From NCBI GenBank assembly GCA_964016885.1, contig OZ024740.1, positions 315,580,001-315,644,000 on the forward strand: a DNA stretch of 64,000 nt, in the 5' to 3' direction. The stretch is from Eledone cirrhosa. Taxonomy: Eukaryota. The position numbers were made by a program, and so were the translations under genes. This document shows positions 13,237-29,100 of this stretch, one piece after another. A model generated the notes under the pieces. That model saw only the letters and a program-made list of their open reading frames with translations. It had not been told where the DNA came from and searched no databases. Each line of letters starts with the position of its first letter. The first letter of the stretch is position 1.

Positions 13237-14358
13237 TTCTGAAGTGTACACCAATCTGAACCAATAATATTTGGTTGAATTCTATTCCACTTTGTTACTC
13301 TGAAATTAATTTATTGTAAAGTTATTATATGTAGATGTCAAATTGACTTATTTTGTTAAAAAATGAAATATGTCAAAAGCAAACTTGTTAGATGAGATGT
13401 AAAAGTGTACCACCAACTATAGTTATGTCTGCAGCTTTAGTGTTCTGCTATGTTAATTTGTTGTTTCTATAGTGTGGCTCTAAGGACATTTTATAAAGAC
13501 TGCCATTTGTATTTTTCTCTGAGTAGAGTTTGGTTTAACTTCTACTTTGTACTTTGACCCTAGATGTTATATGTTGAGCTGAATATTTGTTATTCAGAAA
13601 TATATCTTTCAGATGACTTGTTTCTTTTATGTAAGCTGATGCATCAGTGCAATGCAGTGGCTGTTGTGTTTTGATACTGTTGCACCAGTACTTTAAGAAC
13701 AGGCAACCTTCTCCAGGGTAAAAAGGATTGGACTACATAGTGAATTCATGTGGTCTACAAGAGCAACATCCTCTTTGTTCCCAAAGTAAAGAATTGTTTT
13801 CTTCACTTGTTGGTTTGTGTTGTAATTTCTAGAGTACAGTCTGCTCCAACTTGTTTGACTGAGAGTTAAATGGGTTCTGATAATGTTCTACTTCTTCTCC
13901 TCAACATCATTTAATGTCCATTCTTCCTGCCTGCAAGGGCTGGATAGGTCATCACAAACTAAATCAGTACTCAAGTTAAGTTACTGACCAGAGGTTTGCA
14001 TCTCACATATATTACTGTGTTCTACAGCGTGCATTTTATTATGGCTTCAACACTAGGAATGTTGTCATGTCTTTGACACAACTGAAGAGTCCTTCTGACC
14101 CCTTGTTTGGCAGGTTTTCTACAGCTGGCTGCCCTTCCTATCGCCAACCAGTTTACAGAATGTACTGAGTACATTTATTGTTGATCACCAGCACTAGAGG
14201 TCATCTTGTCTTTGTCACAACTGAAGAGTCCTCGCAACACCTTTTTTGGTATGGGTTTCTTAACATTGCAGTGAACTTTTTTATATTTATATATATATAT
14301 ATTTAAAACATCTAAAAAAAACTTCATGCTTAAATGAATTCCACATTGATATTTGCAG

Positions 14359-14471
14359 AGATTAAGGGTTTATCTGAAGAAACCACCACTGGTGTTCATA
14401 ATTTGTACAAGATGTTGGAGAAAAAAGAACTGAAAGTTCCAGCAATTAATGTCAATGATTCTGTAACAAAG
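14359..14471 (+). CDS. AHCY: Adenosylhomocysteinase exon 5
   Basis: TTGCAG acceptor; [38 protein letters not shown]; donor GTAAAT; 113 nt. Confidence 0.97.
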
Positions 14472-14974
14472 GTAAATATGACCTTTTTATACATGCATGT
14501 TAATTCTTGGTCGTGACAATTAAATCTTTATCTTTAGAAATCTCATTCTCTGACAAAAGTCTCATGAAAGTAAAATCTTTGAATAATCTTTTTGCAGTGT
14601 TTTAGTAAGAATGATTTAACCCTAGTATATTACTGGTGCTTATATTATTGAGGAATAAATAAGTAAGTTCACTCTAAATTAACTCTAACAGGATATGGGA
14701 TGGCTATTTGGAAATAGATAACTTGTGATAGAATTGCAAGCCTCTCTACCAATAACTACTGCCATTCCCACCCTCAGAGGTGACAGAAATGTTTTTGCTT
14801 GGTGAAAACTTGTTAAGGGTGTTAGAATTATGCTGATGACCCAACTGTTTCAGGTTCAGTTCTCAACTTGAATGCGCTTTATATTTTAAGTGGTTTAGTA
14901 TCTGCTACAATATCATGTGCTACTACTACAACTTGCCATCAACTGCTTCTGCTACCAATTTTTATTTTATTTTT

Positions 14975-15296
14975 TACGTCCGCTTTTTCCCTGCTTGCAA
15001 GGGTGGGATGGGAACTGATTCTGGCTCGATTTCTACAGCTGGATGCCCTTCCTAACACCAACCTCATTTACAGTGAGTGCTGGGTGCTTTTTTGCTGTGG
15101 CACCTCCACGACCACTTTGCAGTGGAATGATAGGGACCCCAATCCCAATCATCTCATTTCTACAGTTGAGTAAACTGGAGCAATGTGAAATAAAGTGTCT
15201 TGCTCAAGGAAACAACACATCACCCGGCCTGAGAATTGAACTCACAACCTTTCGATTGCAAGGCCAATGCTCTAACCACTAAGCCATGTGCCTCCA
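14975..15296 (-). mobile_element. tRNA-derived SINE (family S2) joined to an RTE-type tail
   Basis: Head GGAGGCACATGGCTTAGTGGTTAGAGC...GAGTTCAATTCTC, body CCTTGAGCAAGACACTTTATTTCAC, tail AGGAAGGGCATCCAGCTGTAGAAA; a closely similar copy on + at 20786-21100. Confidence 0.75.
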
Positions 15297-15787
15297 TTGC
15301 AAGGCCAATCACTTTACTATAAAGTAGAATTTGCTAGCTGGTTTTTAACTCTTAACATCCTGTAATCATTTAGCAAAAAATATCTTTGCGAGTGGACAGA
15401 TTGTGAACATTTGAGTGCTGTTTTATAATTCTGATGTATGTCTTGCTAATGTGGTTTCATGTGGTATAGGATGGTATGTTAGGACACATTTGGGTGATGA
15501 GGATGTCTTGGGAAAAATGGGTGGAGTTGGAGAGAAAACTTGAGAGAGAATAGATGGTGTTTGGTTTGAGGTGGTGTGTGACTAAATAGAGATATGACTT
15601 TTGTAGTAGTGGTGGATAGGCTGATGGTTTGAGGTGGTGTGTGACTAAATAGATAGATGATTGTTATAGTATTGAAAGATAGGCAGAGGAGACTAGAGTT
15701 CAGTTGATTTGATTATACTCTAATTTTTCTACAAACATTCTTTATACCTAATTAATGTCTTTATATTAAATGTTGTGCATTAAATAA

Positions 15788-16006
<219 letters not shown>

Positions 16007-16495
16007 TAATTGTCATCACAATCAAGTTTGTGTCAGTCTTTTTCTTTCTCCTTTCATCTATTTAACTCTTCCATTGCCATATTTCTAATGAAAGACACAC
16101 TGCCAATTATTTTAAAATCATTTTGAAAATAACCAACCATTCAGAAGGATTTAAAAATAAAACTTACTAACTTAAGTTTGTGTATGGAACATAACTAAAG
16201 TCCTCAGATAAAATTATAATGGAAGGTTTCTAGATAATTATAAACACTTGATAACAAACAGTTCTGTATCATAAAACCAGGAGTAATTACAAGCTGTTTG
16301 ATATCAAAAGGGTTAACACTTTTTTATCATCATCTTCATCACTGTTTAACATCTATTTTTCCATGCTTGCATGGGTTAGATGAGTCGTCCACATTATGAT
16401 TGATTGCTATAACAAAGATTATCTCTCCCATGCAGATATGAAACAAGTAGATGTAAAATAGTAAAACAAAGCATACCTTGTATTTTTATTTCCAG

Positions 16496-16701
16496 GATTT
16501 GAAGTTACAACTATGGATGAGGCCTGTAAAATTGGACGTATCTTTGTAACATGTACAGGCTGTCGTGATATCATCACAGCAAAGCACTTTATGGAAATGC
16601 CAGATGATGCTATTGTTTGTAACATTGGCCATTTTGACATTGAAATCGATGTTGATTGGTTAAATAAGAACAAAGTGAAAAAGGTGGTCATTAAACCACA
16701 G
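16496..16701 (+). CDS. AHCY: Adenosylhomocysteinase exon 7
   Basis: TTCCAG acceptor; [27 protein letters not shown]...[15 protein letters not shown]...IKPQ; donor GTAAAT; 206 nt. Confidence 0.97.
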
Positions 16702-17988
16702 GTAAATATTTGGTCAGTTGAATGTTGACACCCCTCTTTTTTTCTTTGTTCTATATCTACCATAGCTGTAAGGTGTGCATGGAAAGTGTCTTTCTATTTC
16801 TCTCAGACAAATACCATATAAGGACTGGACATAGTAGAATTAAAGTTACTGCCACTGTCTCTCTTGCTCTCCCCATCTCTCACTATTATAAGTCAATAGG
16901 GGCCTGTGCGTTGGCATACAGAATAGACAAGGCGTTTCCCCGGAGGATGGTGAGGGAAACATTGTAAGGTTAGGGTACTAGTTTACTGAGCAACAACAGC
17001 AGAATATTGTTCTAGATAGAAACTCTGCTGTAACTACTGTTATGTTATTTCAAAATATACAGTTATCCAATAGTTCAAATACAAAAATATTGAGATTTAC
17101 ATTACTCTATATTTACAATTATATTTTCATGGTAAAGGCTTTACTTCACGTAATATTAAATCTATGTGATTTTGATATTAGTTATTTTGAGAACAATACC
17201 GTAACATCAGTATGAGCAGCTGGTTACAGCCAGTTTGAACAGAAAGAGGTGAGAGGATTCTGGAAGGATACAGCCGGTTTAAATGCTAAAGGGTTAAATA
17301 TATATGTAAATCTTGTAACTCTAAACAAAGTACTGATACTAGTTATCACCTCAACTTCATGGTTGAGGTTTTGTTGGTAGGAAGGGCATTCAATTGTTTT
17401 TAAAAAAAAGACTTGATTGTAGTGTTTTGCATTTGTTTGCAGTGGCAATTTTGAAAATTATCATATAATAAGGAATTCTGCTAGCAATATGCTAGTTTGT
17501 TACATTTGCTTCTGCAATTTTGAAAATACTTTGGGCAAAACACTAACATATACAAAGAAAGTGTAATGTTTGTTTTTATCCTAAATTGTTTACTGTGTAT
17601 TTGAGAGCTAAAGCCTACCGTCTGTCTCAAGCCAGATGGCTCGTTAGGCAGGTGCTTCTGAGAGTACAAGACTTCCCCCTGGACAGGACACCAGTCCATC
17701 GCAGGATTAAACACCCAGCTATTGTTTTGCTTGAGAACACAACACATAACCCAGCCCAGGAATCGACATTGATTGTAAATCCAACACCCTTACCACTAGG
17801 CCATGTGCTAATAAAAGGATATTAATTATACTGTATCTCTATATCTTATTTTACCCCAATAATTTACATAGTAAAAACTTTCTAGAAAATGAGACATACA
17901 ATACCAGTATGTCGGATCCGGGGAAGATTACTGTACTACAGATTTTGGTTTTTGTTTGAATTGATGCATTTTTTTTGCTTTCTCATGA

Positions 17989-18204
<216 letters not shown>

Positions 18205-20072
18205 TAAAATTATTACATCTTTGCTAGTGGCTCAAATAACTTGGTGTTTATTTTAATTTTATAGTAGAGAAAGACTGAGAAAAACTTGGTCAAAGATGGT
18301 TAGAACTGAACTCAAAACACTGAACCTCGTAGTGGAGATGAAGGAATACTTCAAGTGAAGGGGGGCTGTATTGGAAAGGACCAATCGAACCCATTCAAGC
18401 ATGAAAAAGGGGGCATAGAAGGGATGATAATGATGAATCATATCCATACTAAAAAGTAGATTACTGAAGTTCATCAACATCATCGTTTAATGTCTGCTTT
18501 CCCTGCTAGCAAGGGTTGGATGGGTCTACATGGACCAAATCAGTACTGAAGTGAGACTACTGACCTCCCAGACAGGCTGCGGGTTCTGCATCTCACCTAC
18601 ATATAGTCTCACATTCTACCGAGTGCACACAGGAGAGGTTTTGTATGGCATTCAGTAAACCACAGCTTAATTATACAAATTGTCTCCCTTGAGTTTTAGC
18701 TTTTTTCATGCTGGTGTTAGGTTACCCAAGGCTCTTTGCAAACATTTTCTCTCCAAATGCCTTTTCTGGTATTAACTTATATTTATTTCTAAGTATTTTA
18801 TATACAATTCATTTTTGTCAAATTGGTTAGTTGTGGTACATTAACAAACAATACCACTTGCTTTAAATAGTGTTGGTTTTGAAGACATGCAGTCAAATAC
18901 TCACATATACAATGAGCTTTTTTACATTTTGTTTATCTCCTGTCTATATAATATATATAATGTGTGTGTGTGTATGAACGTATATACATGTAAATATATT
19001 TATATGTGTAGATGTATATAAATATACATGTGTGATGGTCAGCTTGAGGCTATAGTAGAAACCTCTTGCCCAAAGTGCTGCACTGTGAAATTGAACACAG
19101 CCATCTCTATTCAATTTGTACCAATGTGTCCTTTTCTAAGATCGTGAGATGTCCTCAGGAAGAATCAAATTTAACACCATTTGAAAGTGTCTCTGGTTCA
19201 ACAATACAAGACTTTATTCTCAAGTGTTTATATTTATATTTTTAAAAAAAACCTTCCATCATAATTTTATGTAAGAACCTTTAAGTTATACTCCACAAAC
19301 CAGCTTAATAATAGTAAAGTTAGTTATATTATTAAATCCCTCCAAATTCTTGATTATTTTCCAAATGATTTGAAAATCATAAGCCAGGTCTTTCATTGAA
19401 GGGATTAAAGGTACAAATAATGACAAGAACTGCTTTCTTTTGAATTTCTATCAATAAAAGTAAAATACTATTCCAGTAATGTTTGTTTCTGTGAAGAGGA
19501 CTCTTGCCTACACAAACCAGTTCTGGTCTCCTAAAATTTTACAAATTTCTCGTCAGCATTTAACGTCCATTTTCTACGCTAGTATGGGTTAGATGAGTTG
19601 TCCATTGAGACAAGCAAGATCAGATGACCGCGTCTTGCTTATACAGAACTGATTTTGCCTTGATTTCTATAACTGGATGCCCTTCCTAAAGCCAACCACA
19701 TTTACAGTGTATTGGGTGCTTTTTATTGTGGCACCTACACAACTACTCTATAGTGTGTATTGGGCGCTTTTTGTTGTCACCTGCACGACCACATTACATT
19801 GTATACTGGGTGCTTTTTGTCGTGACACCTCCATGACCACTTTGCAGTGTGGACAGGGCGCTATTATGTCATGGCACTAATATTAACTATAATTCAGTTT
19901 TCTGACAAACACTACAGTGGTAGATAGTTCTGGTTTCCTCAAATTTACAGATTTATATTAACTGTAGCTGTCAGACAAACGCTCTACAATGGTAGATAGT
20001 AAACTGGAAGGTAGGCGTAGTAAAGTATGCACCATGCTGTATATATCTGTTTGTTCATAGTCTAATACTTAA

Positions 20073-20222
<150 letters not shown>

Positions 20223-20599
20223 GTCCTTCCATCTTGGTTTTGTGAGATATATGACTACTCTGAAGTTCCATAACAAATTTAGGCACCAAAACTTTGGATA
20301 TTACTTTTAGTATGGGAAACGTTGTGGTTTTTTTTTCTCTAGAACATTCCTATCTGCTTTATAAAATAAATCTTGAAATGTTTGCAATGCACCATTTGTG
20401 GTGCTCCAGCATTACACATTTTAATTTGTCAAAAAAATGTGCAGATCTTCCTATTTCAGATATTCTTTTTTCTAATAATGGTCACAAATGGCTTAGTGGA
20501 TTGATATATTATGTTTGATATGTAAAAAAACTCAAACTACAACACTACATATAAGCATAAAGAGGTATCTAAGGTGGTTAACATTTAAAATTCTAAATG

Positions 20600-20605
20600 A
20601 ATAAA
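20600..20605 (+). terminator. Candidate AHCY polyadenylation signal
   Basis: AATAAA followed by T/GT-rich sequence; alternative AATAAA hexamers at 20365 and 20679. Confidence 0.45.
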
Positions 20606-20785
20606 ACTATATTTTTATGGTATTTTTGTTAATTATTTTTATTTAGGTAAAGAAAACGGAACAGTTTCTGTCATTTGTAATAAAATATAGAAAACAATTT
20701 TTATATTTTTCTGTTCAATTTTTTTTTAAAAATCTGTACCTACTTTGACTATCTGGTATTTTCTGGAGTAATTTAAAAAGATTAT

Positions 20786-21100
20786 GGAGGCACATGGTTT
20801 TGCAATCGAAAGGTTGTGAGTTCAATTCTCAAACCGGGTGATGTGTTGTTTCCTTGAGCAAGACACTTTATTTCACATCGCTCCAATTTACTCAGCTGTA
20901 GAAATGAGATGATAGGGACTGGGGTCCATATCATTCCACTGCAAAGTGGTCGTGGAGGTGCAACGGCAAAAAAGCACCCATCACTCACTGTAAATGTGGT
21001 TGGTGTTAGGAAGGACAACCAGCTGTAGAAATCAAGCCAGAATCAGTTCCCGTCTCACCCTTGCAAGCAGGGAAAAGCGGACGTAAAATGATGATGATGA
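20786..21100 (+). mobile_element. SINE S2 with RTE-type tail
   Basis: Reverse complement of 14975-15296 with a deletion in the head; ends in (GAT)n. Confidence 0.75.
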
Positions 21101-23529
21101 ATTCATATTTGTCAAAAAACTCTCTACCTGCCTGGTTGACAATGAAATTTTAAATATCATGCAAATACAAAGTAGTCGTGTTGGTGGTATGTCAAACAGT
21201 ACCCAGTCCACTTTGTATAGCGGTTGTGTAGGTAAAAAGTGCCCAGTACATACTGTAAAGTGGTCATGGTGATACAATCAAAAAGTGCCTAGCCCATACT
21301 GTAAAGTGGTCTTCTAGGTATCACGACAAAACGCACCCAGTACACACTGTAAATGTGGTTGGCATTAGGAAGGGCATCCAACCATAGGAACCAAGCTAAA
21401 ATCAGTGTGTGTGAAACGTGCTCCTTCGACTTGGATGTCTCCCATGCTAGCATGGAAAATGGACGTTAGATGATGATGTTTGAATGGCTGAGTCAATGAG
21501 TTAGTATTATATCCTGTCCCTTATACTGTGCTCTTCATTGCTAGAACATTCAACTCTCACTTGACTCAGCTATCAGTAAGTCCCACAATAGAATGGCTTT
21601 TAAAGAAATGCTGGTGCAATGATAAAATGCACCCAGTACACCTTGGAAAAATGCAGCTAGTGTATCCTAGGTGGTTGGCATTAGGGCATCCAGCCACAGA
21701 AATCATGCTAAATATGGAACATATAATAATAATGAAATTATTGTGTACAGTGCTCAGATGCACTAAAACTCATCAAAGGTGCATGAGTGGGATGGGTTGA
21801 TTCAGGCCATCCAACTAATGTTAGCATGGAAAGGAGATGTATAATGGTGATAGTTAGAAACAGGATATCTGCAGTATTTTTCCTTGCTTAATAATTCTTC
21901 TAGTCTATTGATGATCACATCACCATCATTGTCATTTTAACATGCGCTTTCCCTGCTAGCAAGAGTTGGACAGGTCAGTATGGAAGCAGTAGCTACTGAT
22001 CTCTCATCGCCCTTATGTATGGTCATTCACAGGGAGGTTGTTGTGTCTTTGACACAACTGAGGGTCCTCCTAACCGTTTGTTTGGCAAGTTTTTTACAGT
22101 TGGGTGCGTTTATTGAGTAGACTAGTATTAGAGAGGCTGTCATGTCCTTGACATGACTGAAAGGTCCCCTTGACCCTTTGTTTGGCTGTATGACTTTCCT
22201 GCCACCAACCACTTTACATCTGTACTGGGTATGTTTATTGTGTAGATCACAAAAACTAGGGTAACTGCCATGCCTTATTCAACCTGCAAAATTTTAGTAG
22301 CTATCTTATTGCTGGGAGGGTCATGGGGGCAGAGTCCCCAAGCATGCCTTCTAACGGGTCTTGTCAGAAGCAACTGCTGAGCTCATGGATGTTATCGTTA
22401 AATCTAATTGGGTCAATTGTTGATTAATGTAATGCTTCTGTCTTTTTACAAATTTTATCTACAATATAGATTCTTCAAGAAAATATTAACAATTAAAAAT
22501 AAGATAAAATTATACTGGGATCTGAACTTAGATTAGTCTTAAATTCCTTGGAATGGTCAGAATAACATTTTTTGAGGTGGTGGTAAATCAATTGTTTGTA
22601 ACCATATCAAGTATTCAATTTTATGCTAGTCTATCAATTTGTCACTTGAAATTAGAAAACCAAAATTAATTATATTTGTATATACCATAAACTTATTGGT
22701 TTTATATAAATTTATTAAAACAATTCAGTGTTTTGAATACATTAAACAAAGCTGGCTTCTATGCACCTCTACTCCCCTAGCATTACTTTACAGGGTAGAC
22801 ATAGGTTCTATAAGTAGTGTTAGATTTTCTATTGTGTGCAGAAAGATGGGACCCCCTGGTCAATGGGGCCCCATCTTCCTACCCCCAACTTTTTTTTTAC
22901 TGTGCCTACCTCCTTCAGGGTCCAAGTAAGGGGCTTCATAACTTAACTAGCACAAGACCTCATTTGTCCTAAATCCGGCATTGTCCATAAGTCATAGTAA
23001 GGTAATTCATCCAGAAGAGCAGTAACTCCAAATATGCATTTGCAGAGATGTAGACTCCATAAGCTATAATGAAGGCAACCTCTCCAGCAGTGACCCTGCA
23101 TCACTGTTTAATGTCCATTTTTTTTCCACACTAGCATGGGTTAGACAAGCAGGAAAAGCAACCAGCCAGAGACCATGCTAAAATCATGAACAGTTCAACT
23201 CATTATGAATGTTAATCTTTATGCAAGAAACCTTTGACCAATGTACATTCCTTTTTAGGTACAGAAAAGATTGTAGTAAAATTCTGATGCCATTTATGCT
23301 TCTCCCAGAAATTTCAGCATCATATCTGAAGTGGATTGGCTTCAACCAGGAATTTAAAATGGACAGGATTTGACTTGTGATGCAATATTGATTTCTTTTT
23401 TACTTATTTACCATATATACTTGTATATATGCCAAGAAATGACAAAACATTTGATGGTAAAATAGGCTTATATTTGAGGTCAATATTTTGCTGATTTTTC
23501 ACCACCTTCAAATTCTACATAATTTTTTC

Positions 23530-24800
23530 TGTTTAGTGTCCGCTTTTCCCTGCTTGCAAGGGTGTGACGGGACCTATTCAGCACAGCATCTCTCCACTTG
23601 TCATGGTCCTTCGTCATCTCCGTGAGCTTCAGCGATCTGAGGTCTGCTCTCGCCACCTCCACCCTTGTTTTTCGTGGTCTTCCTCTACTGGGATTTCTTG
23701 GCACTTCTTTACCCAGCAGTCATCCTCCATGTGCATCACATGTCCATACCATCTCAGTCTCTCCCGCACACCACAACTTATCCCTCTTATACACAGTTTC
23801 TCTCTCAACTCATCTATGCTTGGTCGTTCACACACATTGACATTGCACATCCAACGGAGCATGCTTACTTTATTTCTTTCGAGCCATCGCATATCCTTTG
23901 TAGTTGCTGCCCATGTCTCACTATCATGTATCATTGCGCATCTCACACAGGCATATAACTGGCCTTTCATACGCAGGGAGAAACCCTTTGTCAACAGAGG
24001 AAGCAGCTCCCTAAACTTCTTCCAACCCATCCTTATTCTAGATACTATAGCCTCGGAACACTGCTAATCCGCTCATTTCTAGAGAACCCACCTGCATTTT
24101 GAAAGATGTGTCTATCACTGCGATTACTACTGTCAAATTTCCCTGTACATCTACTGCATACGTAGTTTTCCCTACCTGTGAGTTTGCCTGCTATCCCACT
24201 ACATCTCTTGTGTACCCAAGATCTGCATTGTGTACATTTTATAGAATTTATGCCAGTTCCTTTCCTACATATCGAACATGGCCATTTCCCTGATGGAATC
24301 AGAGTATTGTCCTCTCCTCTACTCATCAACACTTGTCTTAGCTAGATTCACTCTCAGTCCTTTTGATTCCAACTGCTGTTTCCATAGCCAGAATTTCTTC
24401 TCTAGCTCCTCTACTGATTCTGCTATAAGAATCAGATCATCAGCATGGAGAAGTTCCCATGGGCAGCCAGTCTTAAACTCCTCTGTTATGGCTTGGAGGA
24501 CTATAATGAACAAGAGCAGGCTGAGGACCAAACCCTGATTTACTCCTACTTGTATCTGGAATTCCTCACTAAACTCCATTCCTACTCTCACTTTACTGAC
24601 AGCACCTCTGTACATAGCTTGCACTGTCCTCACAAGCCATTCCTCTATACCTAATTTCCTTAGGGACCACCAGATGACAGGTCGGGGTACCCTATCAAAG
24701 GCTTTCTCTAGGTCAACAAAAGCTAAGTATAGTGGCTTATTCTTCTCTAAGAACCTCTCTCGTAGTTGTCTCACTAAGAAGAGGGTATCTGTTGTACTAA
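23530..24800 (-). mobile_element. RTE LINE (older family C), truncated and frameshifted
   Basis: ORFs 24319-24774 (FVDLEKAFD, LHADD), 24045-24332 (PHD-like CSIC...HKRC) and 23629-24030 (MLRWMC, RWYGHV). Confidence 0.9.
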
Positions 24801-25654
24801 TGAGGTGCTAAAATATTTTACTTAGGTGAATATTACACTGGTTTCACTTTGGAGGTGAAATTTCTATTGTCTTTTACATGTTTTGAATGAATATGACCTT
24901 CGAAACAGTCGGAAATTGGTAAAAAAAACAAAAACTTAATGAGTTGTGAAACAAAAACAAAGCTTAGAACATTTTAAATATCAAAATATTAGAAATTCAT
25001 AAATATCTTCTCCACTCATGAGAATTTAAAAATCACACCATCTAAATATGTGTTGATTACCTACCTCAGCTCATAAATGGGGTTTGTATTTCTGAAAAAT
25101 TAATAAGTGGTGGGTGGGGTGATTATTCAAGACTTGAGAGTATATCGACCATCAAAAGTGAAGTTTACTCTAGTGAGATTTGAACTTTAAACTGAGGATG
25201 AAATCTTCAATTATAATAATGAAATTGTGTGCAGTATTCAGGTGCACTACAACTCATTAAAGGTACATGTATAGTACAAATGTCAGGAAAGTGAACAGTG
25301 TATACATTATATTGATAAAAATAAAACACAAGATTCTTTAAGAAAACACATACATGTTTGCTTTATAAGTTTATTTTACATTTTGTAATAATCTATTTTA
25401 TTTCAATAATATAACATTGGTTCTGAGCAGTGAAAAATATCTCATGGTAGTATCACATAAATTTTGAGTTGGACTGTTTTGTATGTGGAGAATAAGATTT
25501 TTGTTGGAATTCCAGGAAACTGATTCTTTTTACCCTTTCAATACCACCCCACCTAAAACTGCCTCTGGTTCTATGAAACAGCCATTCATCTATATAATGG
25601 CTCTAATATAATTTGATAGTAACAATGTAATAAAAGGTTCTTCTAATTCCACCT

Positions 25655-26100
25655 TAATAGTGGTTTCTGATTTAGGCACAAGGCCAACAATTTTTTTTTG
25701 GGGGGGGAGAGGAAATTCGATTAAATCGACCCCCAGTGCGTTACTGGTGCTTTATTTATTGACCCCGTAAGGATGAAAGGCAAAGCTAACCTCAGCGGGA
25801 TTTGAACTCACAGCATAAAGGGCCACAACTTTATGTCACAAAGTGTATTATCCAACACTACTGACACTGCCAATCCACCTTAATAATTGTTTCTACTTTA
25901 GGCACAAGGCCAGCAATTATCCCAGTGTATTACTGGTACTTTATTTTATCGACCCCATAAGGATGAAAGGCAAAGTTAACCTCGGCGGGATTTGAACTCA
26001 GACTGTAAAGGGACGTAACTGTGCTAGAAAGCATGGCGTCCAATCCACTTTAATAATTGTTTCTACTTTAGGCACAAGGCCAGCAATTACCCAGTGCATT
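25655..26100 (-). mobile_element. Array of three SINE S1 copies or fragments
   Basis: Repeated reverse complements of S1, with a recurring CAATCCAC(C/T)TTAATAAT junction. Confidence 0.75.
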
Positions 26101-26137
26101 TAATGAAATAATTTTAGTAAATTCCCACCAAATTCTT

Positions 26138-29100
26138 TATTGCATGACAAAATGGAAAAAAAAAACCCTTTCTTTCGCAAAAGATAATTATGGTGAATTT
26201 TAGTTAATTTGAGGGTGCTTTTTCTGAATATGAAGTCAGATTTATTCCATCACATCTAGATTTTGATCTACAAGATACCTGCTATATATAATACAGAAAT
26301 GTAATGTCGCATTCAGTATGACAAGTCTTCCTATTTGTCTTTTAAGAATGCATGTGATAGTTATTTTTGTGACAACCTTTAATGAGAAAGATGTAAAAGT
26401 AGATATAACACATATAAGATCATGTGTATTTTTAGGACACTGAGTTAAATATGTGTTTGGATGTTATTGTAACTTGTATCATATTGGTAATTGTTCTGTT
26501 CCCTGTGGACTGCTGTTTTTTATTTCCCTACTTCAGTTTGCATGGCATGTATGTCTCAATGACCCAGATCACTTTTACTATATTGTATGCAAAGGTTGCA
26601 GCGATCAGCTTTCCTTGTGATCCAGTGACAAGTAGAAGCAAATGCCATTTGCCACTCCACTGGGATGGTGAGAACAAAGCAACTATTCTACTGATTGCTA
26701 TGTTTAGATTACTAATGTTGAGGGCTCAATAAGAAAATCCAGTGGCAATTTAAACATGCAAAAGCTTGGCACTGTTAGCTATGTAATACTAACTTAGAAA
26801 CGGACCTGCATGAGCACCCAGCTCACCGACCGTTACAAAATGAGTGGTGCAATATGCAATGACGTCACTTACGTAACAATATTATCAAGTATCAAATAAC
26901 AATGTGTCCACAGAAAATTTTGCTGATGCAATATGTATTAAATAAAGGAAATAAAACAGAATATTGTGGGTTAAACTTTAGGTTGGGAAGAGTGTGCAAT
27001 GCTGATACACAGACTTTTGTTGCTACAATACCAACACAATGGTGAACTACAAAGATTTCAAACCGAGAGATAGAGAATTATTGAGCGAATTATAATTATT
27101 TTGGACCATTTACATTAGATTTGACAAACGTTTGCCAGTGGCCACAAGGACTTAGAAACTACTGATTGACGTTCAGTAAAAAAAAGGCAGGACTTGCCAC
27201 AGACTAATAATGCAATAATTATACATCTTTCTTTTACAGAATAATAACGTGAAACAAATGTGGTTGGCGTTAGGAAGGGCATCCAGCTGTAGAAACCAAG
27301 CCCAAAACAGTTCTGAGTGAGCAACACATGGTCCTCTGACCTGGGTGTCTCACAACAGGACAGCATATACTACCCATGTTAGCGTGGAAAATGGACGTTA
27401 AACTATGATGACGGTAGTGGTGGCGGTGGTGGTGGTGATGGTGATGATATTGGTAGTGGTAATGATGATGATGATGATGATGATATACATGGCAATATAT
27501 CCATGGATTTGTGATTACTAGTTCACATGGAATGAAAATGTAGAACCATTTAACTATGCATGTGCAGTAAATACTGCACATGCATAGAAGATAACAACGA
27601 ATGTGTTGAAGTAGCACATTCTGGTCAGAAACTTATCAACTTTGCAAAATGTAGTGGGGTTTGGAAATCCATTGGGGTTTCCCCGCACAGGTTTGGATCC
27701 TATCAGCGACACCATTGTAGTGACTTGTTTATTTCCTTATGTGCCTAGGTAATTGAACAAGGAACAGTAATTTACAAATTTCTATTTTAACACATTGAAG
27801 CGCAATAAACTGTTGCACAGTAGAACTGAAGTGAGTCTATAATAATAATAATACTGAATGTAATTCTGTGGCGACAGAAAGAATTCTGTAGTCCTGAAAC
27901 CGTCAGACTATACTTCAAACCTGTTGGATAGAATTGTATATCCCTCTTTAGCTGGAGCATAATATATAGGCAAAAAACACGAGCACACTTGAAACACGTG
28001 ATTGTGATATGATTGGCTGTCGTTAAATAATTAAACAACTACACAGCACTTGTTAGATAACACTCAATACGAGTTCAATATACACGATGCAAAACATGGT
28101 GCTGTTATCATTTATCATCCTAAGGAATGGTGTAACAAAGACTGGAATGGTTATAACCACTATCATATGGTGTGAAACTCTAGTATAAGACCAGGTGATG
28201 ATACAAAATTTAAATTTAAATATGTATGAAGCATGTACAAACTTTCAGAGAAACACAAAAGATATATTCCTAATACAGAAATAGTAAAATAGCCAAGTAC
28301 TCGCCAATTATTTCTGTCAACAATTATGTCAACTATTGAGAGACAGTATAGGTGACATCAATAGAGAATCTAGTGAATGGTGTTTATTGGAACTTAGAAT
28401 TAGTTGGACATCTCACAGAACAAAAGATTCTGTCCTGGAGAAGATTAGTGCCAATCGACAGTTGGTTGAAACAGTAAGGAAAAGGAAACTTCAGTATTTT
28501 GGTCATGTCATCAGGGCCCAAAATTTGACTGCCCACATCCTTGAGGGACGAATACAACGGAAAAGGACCAGCAGAAAAGGAGATGAACAGATGATATTAA
28601 GGAATGGACAGGAAGGAGTTTAGCGGAATGTATGGCAATGGCAAGAGACAGGAAAAGATGGAGAGTGCTGGTTGATAAGTCCATGACCCCTGACCCTCAG
28701 ATATGAGGATGGGATGAGGCCAGGCTAGTTTATTGAAACACATACCAAAACCAATGCCTGCCGATAAGAAAAGGAAACGAACCAAAGTTTATCAGCAAAG
28801 CTGGTATAACTATGTGTCTATTCAATTATTTACCAACACTACATATTAAACTTGGAATCTTCAAAACTTTTGTGAAGTCACTGACCCTGAGGGGCAATCA
28901 ATCAAGTTGGTGAAAGATATCTTTCCTTGATTAAGTAACGTAAAGATTAAAGGTGTGTACATTGGACCAAACACTCGCAAATTGATGAAGAATCAGATGT
29001 TCAGAGATTCATTGAATAAAGTTGAACGACAAGCTTATGGAGCTGTGTTAAAGACAGTTGAAAACTTTCTAGGAAAGAACCGAAGCCCGAATTACAAAGC